This document shows, in pieces, positions 17,522-29,261 of a DNA stretch of 64,000 nt. Both the position numbers and the translations under genes were made by a program. This stretch comes from Planctomycetota bacterium (lineage in GTDB: Bacteria > Planctomycetota > UBA1135 > UBA2386), in NCBI GenBank assembly GCA_965228735.1, contig OZ245838.1:3872001-3936000 (forward strand), written 5' to 3'. The stretch's first letter is position 1; each line of letters opens with the position of its first letter. Below the pieces are notes generated by a model that was given only the letters and a program-made list of their open reading frames with translations, did not search any database and was not told the DNA's origin.

Positions 17522-17923
17522 TCAGTCGCTCTTCTTCTTGCCGCCGCCGTAGCCGCTGCCGCGGCAGGCGATGTAGAGGAAGAGGAACGCGTAGACGAGC
17601 GCGAGCTCGCCGTTGTTCTTCGTCGGCCAGATCATCTCGTCGAACTGGAACTTCCAATGGAACTGCGCGTACGCCACCGCCATGGTGCCGCTCGCCAGGA
17701 AGGCGGCCCAGCGCGTGAACAACCCGACCGCCATGAGCGCACCGGTGACGAGTTCGATCACCCCACCGATCCACAGCTGCGGCTTGTCGGACAGATCGAT
17801 CGCTGCGTCCGTGAGGAAGCCGAACACCTTCTGCGCTCCGTGGACGGCGAACAGGAAGCCCACGACGACGCGGAGCAGGATGTAGGCGCGCCCGGCGTGC
17901 GGGGCGAGAGTCTTGTCGAGCAT
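17522..17923 (-). CDS. DoxX family membrane protein
   Basis: LRVVVGFLFAVHGAQKVFG, GLFTRWAAFLASGTMAVAY, NNGELA. Confidence 0.9.
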   Translation of the reverse strand: MLDKTLAPHAGRAYILLRVVVGFLFAVHGAQKVFGFLTDAAIDLSDKPQLWIGGVIELVTGALMAVGLFTRWAAFLASGTMAVAYAQFHWKFQFDEMIWPTKNNGELALVYAFLFLYIACRGSGYGGGKKKSD

Positions 17924-18087
17924 TCCGGTTTCATACCGGGTTTCCGCTGTCGTTCCGACAGATCGCGCCCGGCGCGATGCTCCCGACTCCCATCACCCGC
18001 ATTCCGGAGCTACCGGCGAGCACCGCGGTGTTCCGCTCCGGGGCCCCCGATGGGAAGATCCCACCGGCCCGACACCTGCAACGAATC

Positions 18088-19710
18088 ATGCGCTCTGCCC
18101 TCCTGCTGTCCCTGCTCTCCGTCCTCCTGGCCGCCTGCGCGGACGCCCCGCCGCTGCACCACGACATCGGCGCCGTGCACCGCGACGTCACGACCGCCTC
18201 CCCGGCCGCCCAGCGGTGGTTCGACCGCGGCCTGGCCAACTGCTTCGGCTTCAACCACGCCGCGGCGCTCGAGTGCTTCGAGCAGGCGATCGCGGCCGAC
18301 CCCGACTGCGCGATGGCGCACTGGGGCGTGGCCTACGCGCTCGGCCCGAACTACAACGCCGCCGAGGTCGAGCCCGAGGCGTGCGAACGCGCTTACAAGG
18401 CGCTCGTCGCGGCGAACAAGGCCAAGGGCAAGTCGCGCCGGGAAACGGCGCTGATCGAGGCGTTCTTCGCACGCCACCCCGACGGTGAAGCCTCTGACCG
18501 TGCCGCCCGCGACGCCGCCTATGCGGCGGCGATGCGCCGACTGCACCGCAAGTATCGCGACGACGCCGACATCGCCGCGTTCACGGCCGAAGCCGTGATG
18601 CAGCTCAACCCGTGGAAGCTCTGGTCGAACACCGGCGAGCCCGCACCGCAGATCCCGGAGATCCGCGGCATCCTCGAGCCGGCGCTGCGCCGCGCGCCGA
18701 ACCACCCCGCGCTCTGCCACCTCTACATCCACGCGATGGAGGCCGGCCCGCTCGCCGACCGCGCGACGCCCGCGGCCGAACGCCTCGAGAACCTGACTCC
18801 CGGTCTCGGTCACCTCGTGCACATGCCAAGCCACATCTACATCTGGACCGGCCGCTACGCGGACTCGCTGCGCGTCAACCAGCGCGCGGTCGCCGTCGAC
18901 GACGAGTTCTTCGGCGACGACCCGAAGGTCGGGATGTACGCGCTGTATCGCATCCACAACCTGCACTTCATCGCCTACAGCGGCATGTGGACTGGCCAGT
19001 CCGAGGTCGCGCTCGCGGCGGCGAAGCAGATCAGCAGCGACATCCCCGCGCCGATGATCACGGCGATGGCCGACTTCGTCGACGTCTTCACCGCGACGCC
19101 CTTCCACGTGATGGTGCGCTTCGGCATGTGGGACGAGATCCTCGCGGAGCCCGAACCGGCGCACCCGGAGCAGTTCGCCGCGCGCGCCATCTGGCGCTAC
19201 GCCCGCGGCATCGCGCTCGCCGTGCTCGGCCGCACGGACGAGGCGACGGCGGAGCTCGCCGAGTTCGAACGCGCGCGTGAAGCGATGCCGGCGAGCCGCC
19301 TGCTGTTCAACAACGCCGCCAAGGACATCCTCGCGGTGGCCGACGACGTGCTCCGCGGCGAGCTCGCGTATCGCCGCGGTGAATACGACAGCGCGTTCGA
19401 GCACCTGCACCGAGCCGTCAAGCTCGACGAGCAACTCAACTACGACGAGCCGTGGGGCTGGATGGAACCGGCGCGCCACGCGCTCGGCGCACTGCTGACC
19501 GAGCAGGGCCGCTTCGCCGAGGCCGCCGTCGTCTACCAGGAGAACCTCGAGCGCTACCCGAACAACGGCTGGGCGCTGCACGGCCTGCGCGAATGCCTGC
19601 GCGGGATGGGCCGCGACACCGAGGCGCGCGCGCTCACGAGCCGTTTCGAAGCCGCGTGGGCGAACGCGGACGTGCAGATCCCCGGGTCGTGCTTCTGCCG
19701 CACGCGGTAG
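18088..19710 (+). CDS. Tetratricopeptide-repeat protein (probable lipoprotein)
   Basis: LLAAC lipobox; AQRWFDRG..FGFNHAAA, HLYIHAME, HLVHMPSHIY, YDEPWGW, C-terminal SCFC. Confidence 0.8.
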   Translation: MRSALLLSLLSVLLAACADAPPLHHDIGAVHRDVTTASPAAQRWFDRGLANCFGFNHAAALECFEQAIAADPDCAMAHWGVAYALGPNYNAAEVEPEACERAYKALVAANKAKGKSRRETALIEAFFARHPDGEASDRAARDAAYAAAMRRLHRKYRDDADIAAFTAEAVMQLNPWKLWSNTGEPAPQIPEIRGILEPALRRAPNHPALCHLYIHAMEAGPLADRATPAAERLENLTPGLGHLVHMPSHIYIWTGRYADSLRVNQRAVAVDDEFFGDDPKVGMYALYRIHNLHFIAYSGMWTGQSEVALAAAKQISSDIPAPMITAMADFVDVFTATPFHVMVRFGMWDEILAEPEPAHPEQFAARAIWRYARGIALAVLGRTDEATAELAEFERAREAMPASRLLFNNAAKDILAVADDVLRGELAYRRGEYDSAFEHLHRAVKLDEQLNYDEPWGWMEPARHALGALLTEQGRFAEAAVVYQENLERYPNNGWALHGLRECLRGMGRDTEARALTSRFEAAWANADVQIPGSCFCRTR

Positions 19711-19733
19711 CGGGGCGCTAGAATCCCAAGACC

Positions 19734-20039
19734 ATGGCCATTCTACTTCCCACACCTCCGGACCAGCTCGTCGACAGCGCGGGCCGCCCGTACTTCCTGT
19801 GGGATGTGGACATGACCTTGGCGGAGTTCGAGCAGCGGTTGCGCGAAGAGAACGCGCAGGGCCGCGCCTACCTGGTCGGCAAGCTCATGCGCCAGGCCAA
19901 GCCAGACGACGTGTTCACGTTCGTGACCGTCGACGAGATCGTCGAACTGTGGCCCCTGCTACAGCGCTATCTCGGGCGCCAACGTTCGTTCTGGCGTTGG
20001 CTGCTCGAGTACTGGGGGTGCAAGCTCGATGCAGCTTAG
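19734..20039 (+). CDS. Small hypothetical protein, putative antitoxin
   Basis: RPYFLWD motif; overlaps the downstream nucleotidyltransferase gene; TAGAAT -10 box just upstream. Confidence 0.65.
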   Translation: MAILLPTPPDQLVDSAGRPYFLWDVDMTLAEFEQRLREENAQGRAYLVGKLMRQAKPDDVFTFVTVDEIVELWPLLQRYLGRQRSFWRWLLEYWGCKLDAA

Positions 20040-20673
20040 TCCGCTGCAGAGTCGCGTCCTCGAGCTGCTTGCCGGAGTCGAGCCGCCATGGACGTTGACG
20101 GGGGGAGGGGCGCTCGCCGGATTCCACCTTGGACATCGCACGACTCGCGATCTCGACCTGTTCTTCATTGGCCAGGCATCCATCGCCGAAGTCCGCCGAG
20201 ATGTTACGGCGCGACTCGATACTGCGGGCTTGGACGTCAAGCAACTGCGCACGGGAGATGCGTTCACCGCCCTACGCGTTGCCGGGGAAGGCGAGGTCGT
20301 GATCGTCGACCTGGTGGCTGAACCAGTCGCCTCGATCGAAGAGCCACGGCGCATCGATCATCGCGGAGTATCGATTCTCGTCGACACCCCGCACGAAGTC
20401 CTCGTGAACAAGCTTTGCACCTTGCTGCACCGGTCCGAGCTTCGTGATCTCGTCGATATCCAGGCGCTGCTCGCAAGCGGCGGCGACCTGGACCGGGCAG
20501 TTGCGGACGCTCCGCGCAAGGACGGAGGCTTCTCGGCACTGACGCTGAGCTACACCCTCGAGGGCTGGGGCGTGGGAGACGCGGCCCGAGCGGCCGGCAT
20601 GGCCGATCGCGCCGACGAGCTCGACCGGTTCCGTTCCGACTTGCTTGATCGGGTGGCCGGAGATCGACCGTAG
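20029..20673 (+). CDS. AbiEii/AbiGii-family nucleotidyltransferase toxin
   Basis: [23 protein letters not shown] and [17 protein letters not shown] motifs of DNA-pol-beta-like AbiEii proteins. Confidence 0.82.
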   Translation: MQLSPLQSRVLELLAGVEPPWTLTGGGALAGFHLGHRTTRDLDLFFIGQASIAEVRRDVTARLDTAGLDVKQLRTGDAFTALRVAGEGEVVIVDLVAEPVASIEEPRRIDHRGVSILVDTPHEVLVNKLCTLLHRSELRDLVDIQALLASGGDLDRAVADAPRKDGGFSALTLSYTLEGWGVGDAARAAGMADRADELDRFRSDLLDRVAGDRP

Positions 20674-20750
20674 CCGGCCCATCGAGGCTCGATCACGGCG
20701 ATCCCCGCCAACCGCTTGAGTCGCGTTTCGGTGCGCCCCATGATCGCGCC

Positions 20751-21218
20751 ATGAAGATCGATATCGGCATCAGCGACGCGCACCGGCAGGCCATCGCCGA
20801 AGGGCTCGGCAAGCTGCTCGCGGACTCCTACACGCTCTACCTCAAGACCCACAACTTCCACTGGAACGTCACGGGTCCGCAGTTCAACACGCTGCACACG
20901 ATGTTCGAGACCCACTACATGGAGCTCGCCACGGCCGTCGACGAGATCGCGGAACGCATCCGCTCGCTCGGGCAGCCGGCGCCCGGTTCGTATGCCGCGT
21001 TCGCGAAGCTCAAGTCGATCGACGAAGAGGAGGGCGTGCCGAGCGCGGAAGAGATGACGCGGCTGCTCGTGCTCGGGCACGAAGCGGTCGTTCGCACCGC
21101 GCGGTCGTGCTTCCCGACGGCCGAGGAAGCCAACGACCAGGCCACGCTCGATCTGCTCACGCGCCGCATCGACGTGCACGAGAAGACCGCGTGGATGCTG
21201 CGATCGATGCTCGCCTGA
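20751..21218 (+). CDS. dps: Dps DNA-protection ferritin-like protein
   Basis: [42 protein letters not shown]. Confidence 0.95.
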   Translation: MKIDIGISDAHRQAIAEGLGKLLADSYTLYLKTHNFHWNVTGPQFNTLHTMFETHYMELATAVDEIAERIRSLGQPAPGSYAAFAKLKSIDEEEGVPSAEEMTRLLVLGHEAVVRTARSCFPTAEEANDQATLDLLTRRIDVHEKTAWMLRSMLA

Positions 21219-21279
21219 GACGGCGAATGCGCGGGGCGGGGAACTCCAGCGCCCCGGGGCGTAGCACACGGCACGCCCG

Positions 21280-21669
21280 ATGACGCCCGCTCCGGAAGCC
21301 AGCACGACGAACCGCCCGCCCCGCCGGCCAAGGCAACGGCCGCGCTCGATCGCGGCGCCGTTGGTCGTCACGGGCCTGCTGGCCCTCGCGCTGTGGTCGG
21401 GCTGGCAGCTGCTCGACGCGGCCTGGCGGGCCCCCGCGGCCACCGACCCGGTCGTCGAGTTCTTCGTCGAGAACCTCGACTGTCCGATCTGGTGCGCCGT
21501 GCGGGTCACGGACGCGATCGACGCGCTCGACGGCGCGGAGACCGTCACCTGGGATCCCGCGACCGGGGTCGTCGCGGTGCGCCACGACCCCGCGCGGCAG
21601 AGCGTCGCGGGTCTGAGCGCGATCCTCGAGGACGCGGGCTTCCCCGTGCTCTCCACCGCGGCGCGCTGA
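21280..21669 (+). CDS. Membrane-anchored heavy-metal-associated (HMA) domain protein
   Basis: One TM followed by FFVENLDCPIWCAVRV...L..AGF; HMA fold with CxxxC instead of CxxC. Confidence 0.65.
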   Translation: MTPAPEASTTNRPPRRPRQRPRSIAAPLVVTGLLALALWSGWQLLDAAWRAPAATDPVVEFFVENLDCPIWCAVRVTDAIDALDGAETVTWDPATGVVAVRHDPARQSVAGLSAILEDAGFPVLSTAAR

Positions 21670-21707
21670 CGGCAGCGCCTCCCGACAGCCGGATCCGCCC
21701 CGGTCCG

Positions 21708-23066
<1,359 letters not shown>

Positions 23067-23081
23067 CTGAGTGTTGCGCGT

Positions 23082-24161
23082 CTACGCGGGGGCGAGACGC
23101 ATGCGCTTCGCTTCGGCGAAGCAGACGAGGCGCTGATTGGCCTCGTCCCAGAGCTTGAGACCGAAGGTCTTGATGCCGGCCAGCAGGTCGACGTGCGGCA
23201 CCTCGCGGAACATCGGGTGCGACTCGTGACAGGCCTGCAGATTGTAATTGGGAATGCGGGCGTGCAGGTGATGCACGTGGTGGAACCCGATGTTGCCGGA
23301 GAACCACTGCAGCACGCGCGGCAGCTTGAGATACGAACTCCCGACGAGCGCCGCGGCCGCGTAGTCCCATTCCTTGCCGCGCTGCCAGTAGACGCCCTCG
23401 AACTGGTGCTGCGTATAGAACAACCACACGCCGATCGCGCCCGCGATCGCGAGCACGACGAGCTGCATCACGATGAAGTCGAGGAAGCCCATCGCGAACC
23501 CCATGCCCACGACGATGCCGCCGAGCGCGATGTTGGTGTACCAGACGGAGAAGCGCTCCCACATCCGCACCTTGCCCTTCGCGAAGCGGTTCTCGATCGC
23601 GAACATCCACAGCGGCGCGATCAGGACCAGCGTGAACGGGCTGCGGACGAAACGGTAGAGCGCGCGCTTCCGCCGCGGTGCGGCGTTGTACTCGGCGACG
23701 GTCATCGTCCAGACGTCACCCGTGCCGCGCTTGTCGAGGTTGCCCGACGCGCCGTGGTGCGTGCGATGCGCGGTGTGCCACAGGTGATACGGCGTGAACG
23801 ACAGCACGCCGGTCACGATCCCCCACGCCGTGTTGGCCCACTTGGCGCGGAAGAACGAGCCGTGGCCGCAGTCGTGGAACAGGATGAACGTGCGCACCAT
23901 CAGCGCGCCGTTGATCAGGCAGAGCGGGAAGCACAACCACCAGGAGATGGGCGCGAGAAACACGATCGCGACCCAGATGCCGAAGTAGGGCACGAGGGTG
24001 CTGAGGAGTTGCCAGGACGCGCGACCCGCGCGCGGCTGCGTGAACGGCAGCACGAGCGGCTGCCAGTCGGCCGGGCGCGGCGACGCCGGCGGCGCGGCGA
24101 CATCGGCTGCGGCAACAGGAGAAGCGGCGCCCGGCGTCGCGTTCGTGAATCGGTTCGTCAT
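23082..24161 (-). CDS. Membrane fatty acid desaturase (Bacillus Des-like)
   Basis: His boxes HDCGH, HRTHH, HHVHH; GDVWTMTVAEY, WLFYTQHQFE. Confidence 0.9.
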   Translation of the reverse strand: MTNRFTNATPGAASPVAAADVAAPPASPRPADWQPLVLPFTQPRAGRASWQLLSTLVPYFGIWVAIVFLAPISWWLCFPLCLINGALMVRTFILFHDCGHGSFFRAKWANTAWGIVTGVLSFTPYHLWHTAHRTHHGASGNLDKRGTGDVWTMTVAEYNAAPRRKRALYRFVRSPFTLVLIAPLWMFAIENRFAKGKVRMWERFSVWYTNIALGGIVVGMGFAMGFLDFIVMQLVVLAIAGAIGVWLFYTQHQFEGVYWQRGKEWDYAAAALVGSSYLKLPRVLQWFSGNIGFHHVHHLHARIPNYNLQACHESHPMFREVPHVDLLAGIKTFGLKLWDEANQRLVCFAEAKRMRLAPA

Positions 24162-24550
24162 CGAGTTGTAGGGGTCCTGGCCAGTGCGCGCAGCGCGTTG
24201 GTTCGGTCGGCGCCGCGGGCGCGGCGCCCTCGGGCGCCGCAGGAGGCAACTGATTGCCGACAGCGAGTTTGCCGCCGAAGGCACGGACCGCCGGACCGCC
24301 GCCGGGGCACGCGCCTCACGATGCTCATCGACTGGCGTGCGGGGATGCTAGAGGGGATTCGGGCGGCGGTCGCGTGGATTCCGGAATTCCGGCCGGATCG
24401 CCGCAAACAGGCCACAGCAACGCGCCTACGGCGACGCGTTCGAAGGCCATGGACTTGCCGCCGGCCGCCGATCGGGGGATGATCCGGGGGTCTCGTTTCG
24501 GAAGGCGATCGCAACCCCCTCGTCCGCGCCCGCCGTTCCCCCTGCCTGCC

Positions 24551-25087
24551 ATGAAGATCGAGCCTATCTACCTCCTGGCGCCGGAGGCGAAGCCGAAGGT
24601 CAGATCGATGACCTCACGCCGCGCGTTCCTGCTCGCCGGATCGATGTTTGCCGCCGGGACCCTCGTCGGCGGAGCGTGTGGCTACACGCTGGGCGCGGCC
24701 AAGACCGAGGACTCGGCTGGCGCCGCCCCTGGCGTGGTGCCGGAGCCGAAGAAGAAGAAGCCGGACGAGGTCGTTCTCGAGCCGAGCGGCGATGCGACGC
24801 TGGATGAGCTTCGGCGATTGGCGGTGAAGGCGCCGATTGAGGAGTTGGTTGCGCAAAGCTCTCTGTTCCTGGGCCTACGAAGTCGCGACTACCGAGATGA
24901 TCAAACGCTCTGGCAAGGGCTGAATCGACTTGCGAACGAAGTCATCGACAACCCGAATCACCGGCTTTCCCGCTCAACGGTCGTGGTCCTTCGCAATCAG
25001 ATTGAAGGCCAAGACTGGCCGCCGGAACTGAACCTCAAGAACAAGCTCCGGGCACTTCGGACTCGCCTGGAGGCGATGAAACGTTGA
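24551..25087 (+). CDS. Hypothetical protein with Tat-like SRRAFL motif and TM segment
   Basis: MKIEPIYLL...SRRAFLLAGSMFAAGTLVGGACG; many A/T-ending codons. Confidence 0.6.
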   Translation: MKIEPIYLLAPEAKPKVRSMTSRRAFLLAGSMFAAGTLVGGACGYTLGAAKTEDSAGAAPGVVPEPKKKKPDEVVLEPSGDATLDELRRLAVKAPIEELVAQSSLFLGLRSRDYRDDQTLWQGLNRLANEVIDNPNHRLSRSTVVVLRNQIEGQDWPPELNLKNKLRALRTRLEAMKR

Positions 25088-25350
25088 GGCAGGGCGGTGA
25101 AGGCATTCGGGGACCGCAGACCGCCACCCCTGGCGGTTCGATCACCGTCAACGTCGGCACGAACGACCCAACCGTGGACATTGTCGACTCCAGCACTGGG
25201 GACGTGATCGGCACCGTCACCGTTGAGCCGTGGAAGGACACGACGATTACTCTGCCAAACCTGCCTGGCGGAAGTGCAATCCAGCTCATCGCCGGCACCG
25301 GCCTCAAGTCGCAGGTTCTAGACATAGAGATCATCTCCCCGAGCCCCTGA
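25084..25350 (+). CDS. Small beta-rich hypothetical protein
   Basis: TTG start overlaps the previous TGA; 88 aa with alternating beta-strand pattern. Confidence 0.5.
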   Translation: MRQGGEGIRGPQTATPGGSITVNVGTNDPTVDIVDSSTGDVIGTVTVEPWKDTTITLPNLPGGSAIQLIAGTGLKSQVLDIEIISPSP

Positions 25351-25397
25351 TGAGCCGTCCCCCGGTAGCACCACTTCGCCGAACCCCGGAGACCATC

Positions 25398-26486
25398 ATG
25401 CCCAGCTCCAACTTCACCCTCCTCACCGCGGTCGCCCTGACCGCCGCCGTCACGGCGCAGAGCCACATCGTCGCGCCCGCCGCGCACACGTCGACGAACG
25501 CGGTGAGCTACGAGTGGATCGCCGGCGCGAGCCGGCCGCTGCGCCAGCAGACGCTGATCGGGCCGAGCCACCTCAGCGCGATGGTCGGCCGCGCGATCCA
25601 GGCGATCGAGCTGCGCCGCACCGCGGCCAACGAGATCTACCAGGGCGGTTCGATGAACCTCACCGTGTCGCTGTCGACCTCGCCCAACGCCGCGCTCAAC
25701 TGCAGCAACCGCTGGGGTGACAACATCGGGTTCAACGTCGTGCAGGTCTTCCAGGGCACGGTGACGCTGCCGACGTCACCCGCGACGGCGGTCGGCACCG
25801 GCGTGCCGATCGGGTGGACGCCGAACAACACGCTGCGCATCGCGCTGCAGACGCCGTTCGTGTACTCGGGCGGCACGTTGTGCGTCGACATCACGGGGCA
25901 GCCGATCGCCGGGCAGGAGGCCAACTGGTGGATGGCCGATGCCGCCTACGAGATCGTGCCGGGCACCGCGACGGTCGAGATCGGTTCGGGCTGCGGCCCC
26001 TATGGCGGGCCGCAGAAGCGCTGGTCGAGTGTCGCCGAGCGCAGCCTGATCCCGGGCGGCCGTGCGCAGTTCCGCGCCAACGGCATGCCGGGCACGATCG
26101 CGCTCGCGATGTTCGGCGCCCCGGCCGCCGCCCCGATCCCGCTCTCGACGTTCGGCATCCCGACCCCTGGCTGCTTCGGCCACGTCGACCCGTCGCTGAT
26201 CCTCGCGTCGATCGTCACGTTCTTCGAAGGCAATCCGCTGCTGCCGCCGACGTACGGCATGGCCGAGGTGCAGATCCAGATCCCGACCAGCCCCGTGACG
26301 TTCGGCATGCAGCTGACGACGCAGTGGCTCGATCTGCATCATCTCGCGACGAGCAACGCGATCACCTGGACGGTCGCGAGCGCCGCCCCCGCGCTCGACA
26401 TGGCCCTCAACGAAGGCCACCCGTCCGGCACGATCGGCACGGTCACGAACTACCTCGCGCACGTGATGCGCTTCGAATACCAGTAG
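25398..26486 (+). CDS. Secreted hypothetical protein with two-Cys C-terminal domain
   Basis: Signal peptide (LLTAVALTAAVTAQ); GSGCG...TPGC...QWLDL..LATSNA C-terminal pattern. Confidence 0.75.
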   Translation: MPSSNFTLLTAVALTAAVTAQSHIVAPAAHTSTNAVSYEWIAGASRPLRQQTLIGPSHLSAMVGRAIQAIELRRTAANEIYQGGSMNLTVSLSTSPNAALNCSNRWGDNIGFNVVQVFQGTVTLPTSPATAVGTGVPIGWTPNNTLRIALQTPFVYSGGTLCVDITGQPIAGQEANWWMADAAYEIVPGTATVEIGSGCGPYGGPQKRWSSVAERSLIPGGRAQFRANGMPGTIALAMFGAPAAAPIPLSTFGIPTPGCFGHVDPSLILASIVTFFEGNPLLPPTYGMAEVQIQIPTSPVTFGMQLTTQWLDLHHLATSNAITWTVASAAPALDMALNEGHPSGTIGTVTNYLAHVMRFEYQ

Positions 26487-26783
26487 GCCACTGGCCGCCC
26501 GCCGCGGGCGAACAACGCGCCGGCGCCATGCCGGGCGCGACGGGTTGCGAACTGCTCGGCAAGTCCTATCGCTCGAGGACGAGCGAGCCCCAGGCGAGCC
26601 GGAGTGCCCACCGGGCGGAGTCTGAGTCGCGCCAGGCAGCGTGAGCAGGCGTCGACTTCACATCGGGCCGACGAGACGCGGTCAGGACCGAGCCCCTATC
26701 CCGGGCGATGGCGCCGAGGTGGGTCACCGAGATCGCGGACCGGCTCGCGCGCAATATCGCAGTATGGCGAGCAGGATCGAGTG

Positions 26784-27533
26784 ATGACCAGCGTCCCCAA
26801 GAAGGCCGAACTCTACCGAATGGTCCGACCGGGCCATCTCTGCCCCTACGGGCTCAAGGCCCTGCATCTGTTGAGGAGCGAGGGCTTCGAGGTCGAGGAC
26901 CACCATCTCGAGAACGAGGACGAAACCGAGGCGTTCAAGGCGAAGCACGGCGTCACGACCACGCCGCAGATCTGGATCGATGGCAACCGGATCGGCGGCT
27001 ACGACGCGGCCCGCGAGCACTTCGGGCACGTGAGCGCCGACGAAGACACTACGAGCTACCGACCGATCATCATGCTGTTCCTGGTCGCGCTCGCCCTCGC
27101 GGCGGCCGCGCAGTGGGCGGCGACCGGGACGCTGGACTGGTCGGTCCTGCGGGGATTCGTCGCGGTCGCGATGACGCTCCTCGCACTGCTCAAGCTCCAG
27201 GACGTCGAGTCATTCTCGACAACGTTCCTGAACTACGACCTGCTGGCGCGTCGCTGGGTGCCCTACAGCTTCCTCTATCCGTACGCGGAAGCCACGGCAG
27301 GGGTGCTGATGTTCGCCGGCGTCCTGCCCTTGGTCGCAGGCCCGGTCGCCCTCTTCGTCGGAGCGGTCGGCGCCGCCTCGGTCTGCAAGGCCGTGTATCT
27401 CGAGAAGCGAGAGTTGAAGTGCGCGTGCGTCGGCGGCAACTCGAACGTGCCGCTCGGCTTCGTATCGCTCACCGAGAATCTCGCCATGGTCGGCATGGGC
27501 ACCTGGGCATTGATCGAGTTCTTCGTGGGCTGA
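26784..27533 (+). CDS. Glutaredoxin-MauE/DoxX fusion membrane protein
   Basis: HLCPYGLKA, TTPQIWIDG..IGGYD glutaredoxin domain; LKLQDVESFSTTFLNYDLLA, KCACVGGNSNVPLGFVSLTEN. Confidence 0.85.
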   Translation: MTSVPKKAELYRMVRPGHLCPYGLKALHLLRSEGFEVEDHHLENEDETEAFKAKHGVTTTPQIWIDGNRIGGYDAAREHFGHVSADEDTTSYRPIIMLFLVALALAAAAQWAATGTLDWSVLRGFVAVAMTLLALLKLQDVESFSTTFLNYDLLARRWVPYSFLYPYAEATAGVLMFAGVLPLVAGPVALFVGAVGAASVCKAVYLEKRELKCACVGGNSNVPLGFVSLTENLAMVGMGTWALIEFFVG

Positions 27534-27835
27534 TTCCCGCACGCGGCCGTGTCGATCGGGCGAAGCCGCGCACGCTGCCCGGTTCGGCTGACGCGTCGGG
27601 TTCGCGAATCCGGCAGACGGCGGCGGAAACCGGCGGCGAACACTGCCACCAGCACCCGGCTGATCCGCCGGCCCGCTACGCCGCCGTGTACGCGCTGAAC
27701 AACCGCAGTCTTCCTGGCGGTGATCCCCTCGGAAGAACTGCCCTACCCGATAAGCGGCTGTGCTACTATGCGCGGCAGCGGTCTTGGGGTCCGCGCGAGC
27801 GGAGCGACCGCGCCTTGAGGCGTACAACACCACTC

Positions 27836-29239
27836 ATGAAGGAGAGCGAATTGACACCGCAACCAGTACCCAGTCGTCGTCAACGCTTTGCAAGCGCGAA
27901 GGTCGTGATCGGCTTTCTAGCCGGAGCACTTGTGACGTTCCTGTTCTCGCTGTGGGAGCACAACACTGTGGAAGCATCTCCGCTTCCGGAAGGAAAACCA
28001 AGAATCCGAATCTCCTCGGTAAAGCTGAGCAAGGTGTCCGTCGAGCAGACTACGAACCTGACGGACCAGGCGCTCGAAGTCCCGATGCTCACGCTGGAGA
28101 TTCTTCGCCAGCGAGTCGATTTCCCAGTCGCGAACCACACGGCCCAAGAGCTGATCACGCTCACGACGAAGTCCGGTCAACTCCACCGGATGGACGTGGG
28201 CGTCAACAAACAGATCGACATTCTGCGGTGGCTCGCCAACGTAGAAACAGCGCTGCAGGAAATACCCAACTACGCGGCTTTTCAGGCGACACTCGATGCC
28301 CTGATCGGCGCGCTCTCCAACAAGAGTCTGACAGTCGCCGGCCGACAAGAGTCTTTCAAGGACGTGTGCGAGAAGCGTCTCAACGCGCGCGGTGCGTTCA
28401 ACTCCGCCGTGGGTGCGCTGCTCCGATCCAAGGACAATCCGGCCATCAGCGGGGTGCTTGGTAGAATCGAAGAAATCAGAAAGCAGGCAGCCGTTTGGGA
28501 ATACACGAAACATGAAGAAGACCTGACATTCGCTTTCTCCACTCCGACCGTGAGCGTCATTGTCGACTACTACCCGCCAACCCAGGCGCACATCGTGGAG
28601 CGCAATACGATGGCTGAAGCGTTCGCCGACGTCCTCGCGCGACTCAACCCCAGCGATCTGCTACCACTCCTGCAGTTCGGACGAGACGAGATCGCGAAAG
28701 AGCACGCCGTCATGAGCGGGTTCTTGACAGCAACCAATGCAATGCTCCGCGCCACGCTCGTTCCGCGTCTGGAAGTAAGCGTCGTGGTGCTGAACCCGTC
28801 GCGAACCCCCGTGACGATCGCTCCATGGGCGGCCCTCGATGTAATGGGGGCATCTGGTTCGATCGCAGAGATCGTTGGCAAACTGTCTGACCGAGAAACG
28901 AAAGGCGACGAGTTCACGCAATCGTCGCTCAACGGCGTTGCAGAAAGCCTCTTGCGGGACGCGATTGCGAAGTCTAGCCCCGAGTACGTGACCATCCCCG
29001 CTGGAGGAATGGCAACCGTAGCCTGGGAAGGAGATTTCGATGGAGCCCCGGACGATTGGGAGGCCATCAAGTCGGCCTACGACCACGGACTCCTGAAGTG
29101 CCGAATGGCGCTCAAGACGTTCGAAGGCGTTGTCGTTTCCAGCCAACCGACCGAGTTCGGGGAACTCGTGAAGTCCGGACTTGCCACGGCCGCTCAACTC
29201 TTGCATACGTCTAGCGCAGACAGCAAGAAGGCACACTGA
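27836..29239 (+). CDS. Hypothetical membrane-anchored protein, atypical lower-GC codon usage
   Basis: 467-aa open frame from ATG 27836, single N-terminal TM; extended -10 TGcTACTAT at 27761-27769. Confidence 0.65.
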   Translation: MKESELTPQPVPSRRQRFASAKVVIGFLAGALVTFLFSLWEHNTVEASPLPEGKPRIRISSVKLSKVSVEQTTNLTDQALEVPMLTLEILRQRVDFPVANHTAQELITLTTKSGQLHRMDVGVNKQIDILRWLANVETALQEIPNYAAFQATLDALIGALSNKSLTVAGRQESFKDVCEKRLNARGAFNSAVGALLRSKDNPAISGVLGRIEEIRKQAAVWEYTKHEEDLTFAFSTPTVSVIVDYYPPTQAHIVERNTMAEAFADVLARLNPSDLLPLLQFGRDEIAKEHAVMSGFLTATNAMLRATLVPRLEVSVVVLNPSRTPVTIAPWAALDVMGASGSIAEIVGKLSDRETKGDEFTQSSLNGVAESLLRDAIAKSSPEYVTIPAGGMATVAWEGDFDGAPDDWEAIKSAYDHGLLKCRMALKTFEGVVVSSQPTEFGELVKSGLATAAQLLHTSSADSKKAH

Positions 29240-29261
29240 GCCCTACCGACCAGCTTCATAG

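Noticed and set aside
26708..27835. N-terminal 376 codons of the 843-aa ORF
   Set aside because: Out-of-frame overlap with the glutaredoxin-MauE gene; protein-like sequence starts at ATG 27836
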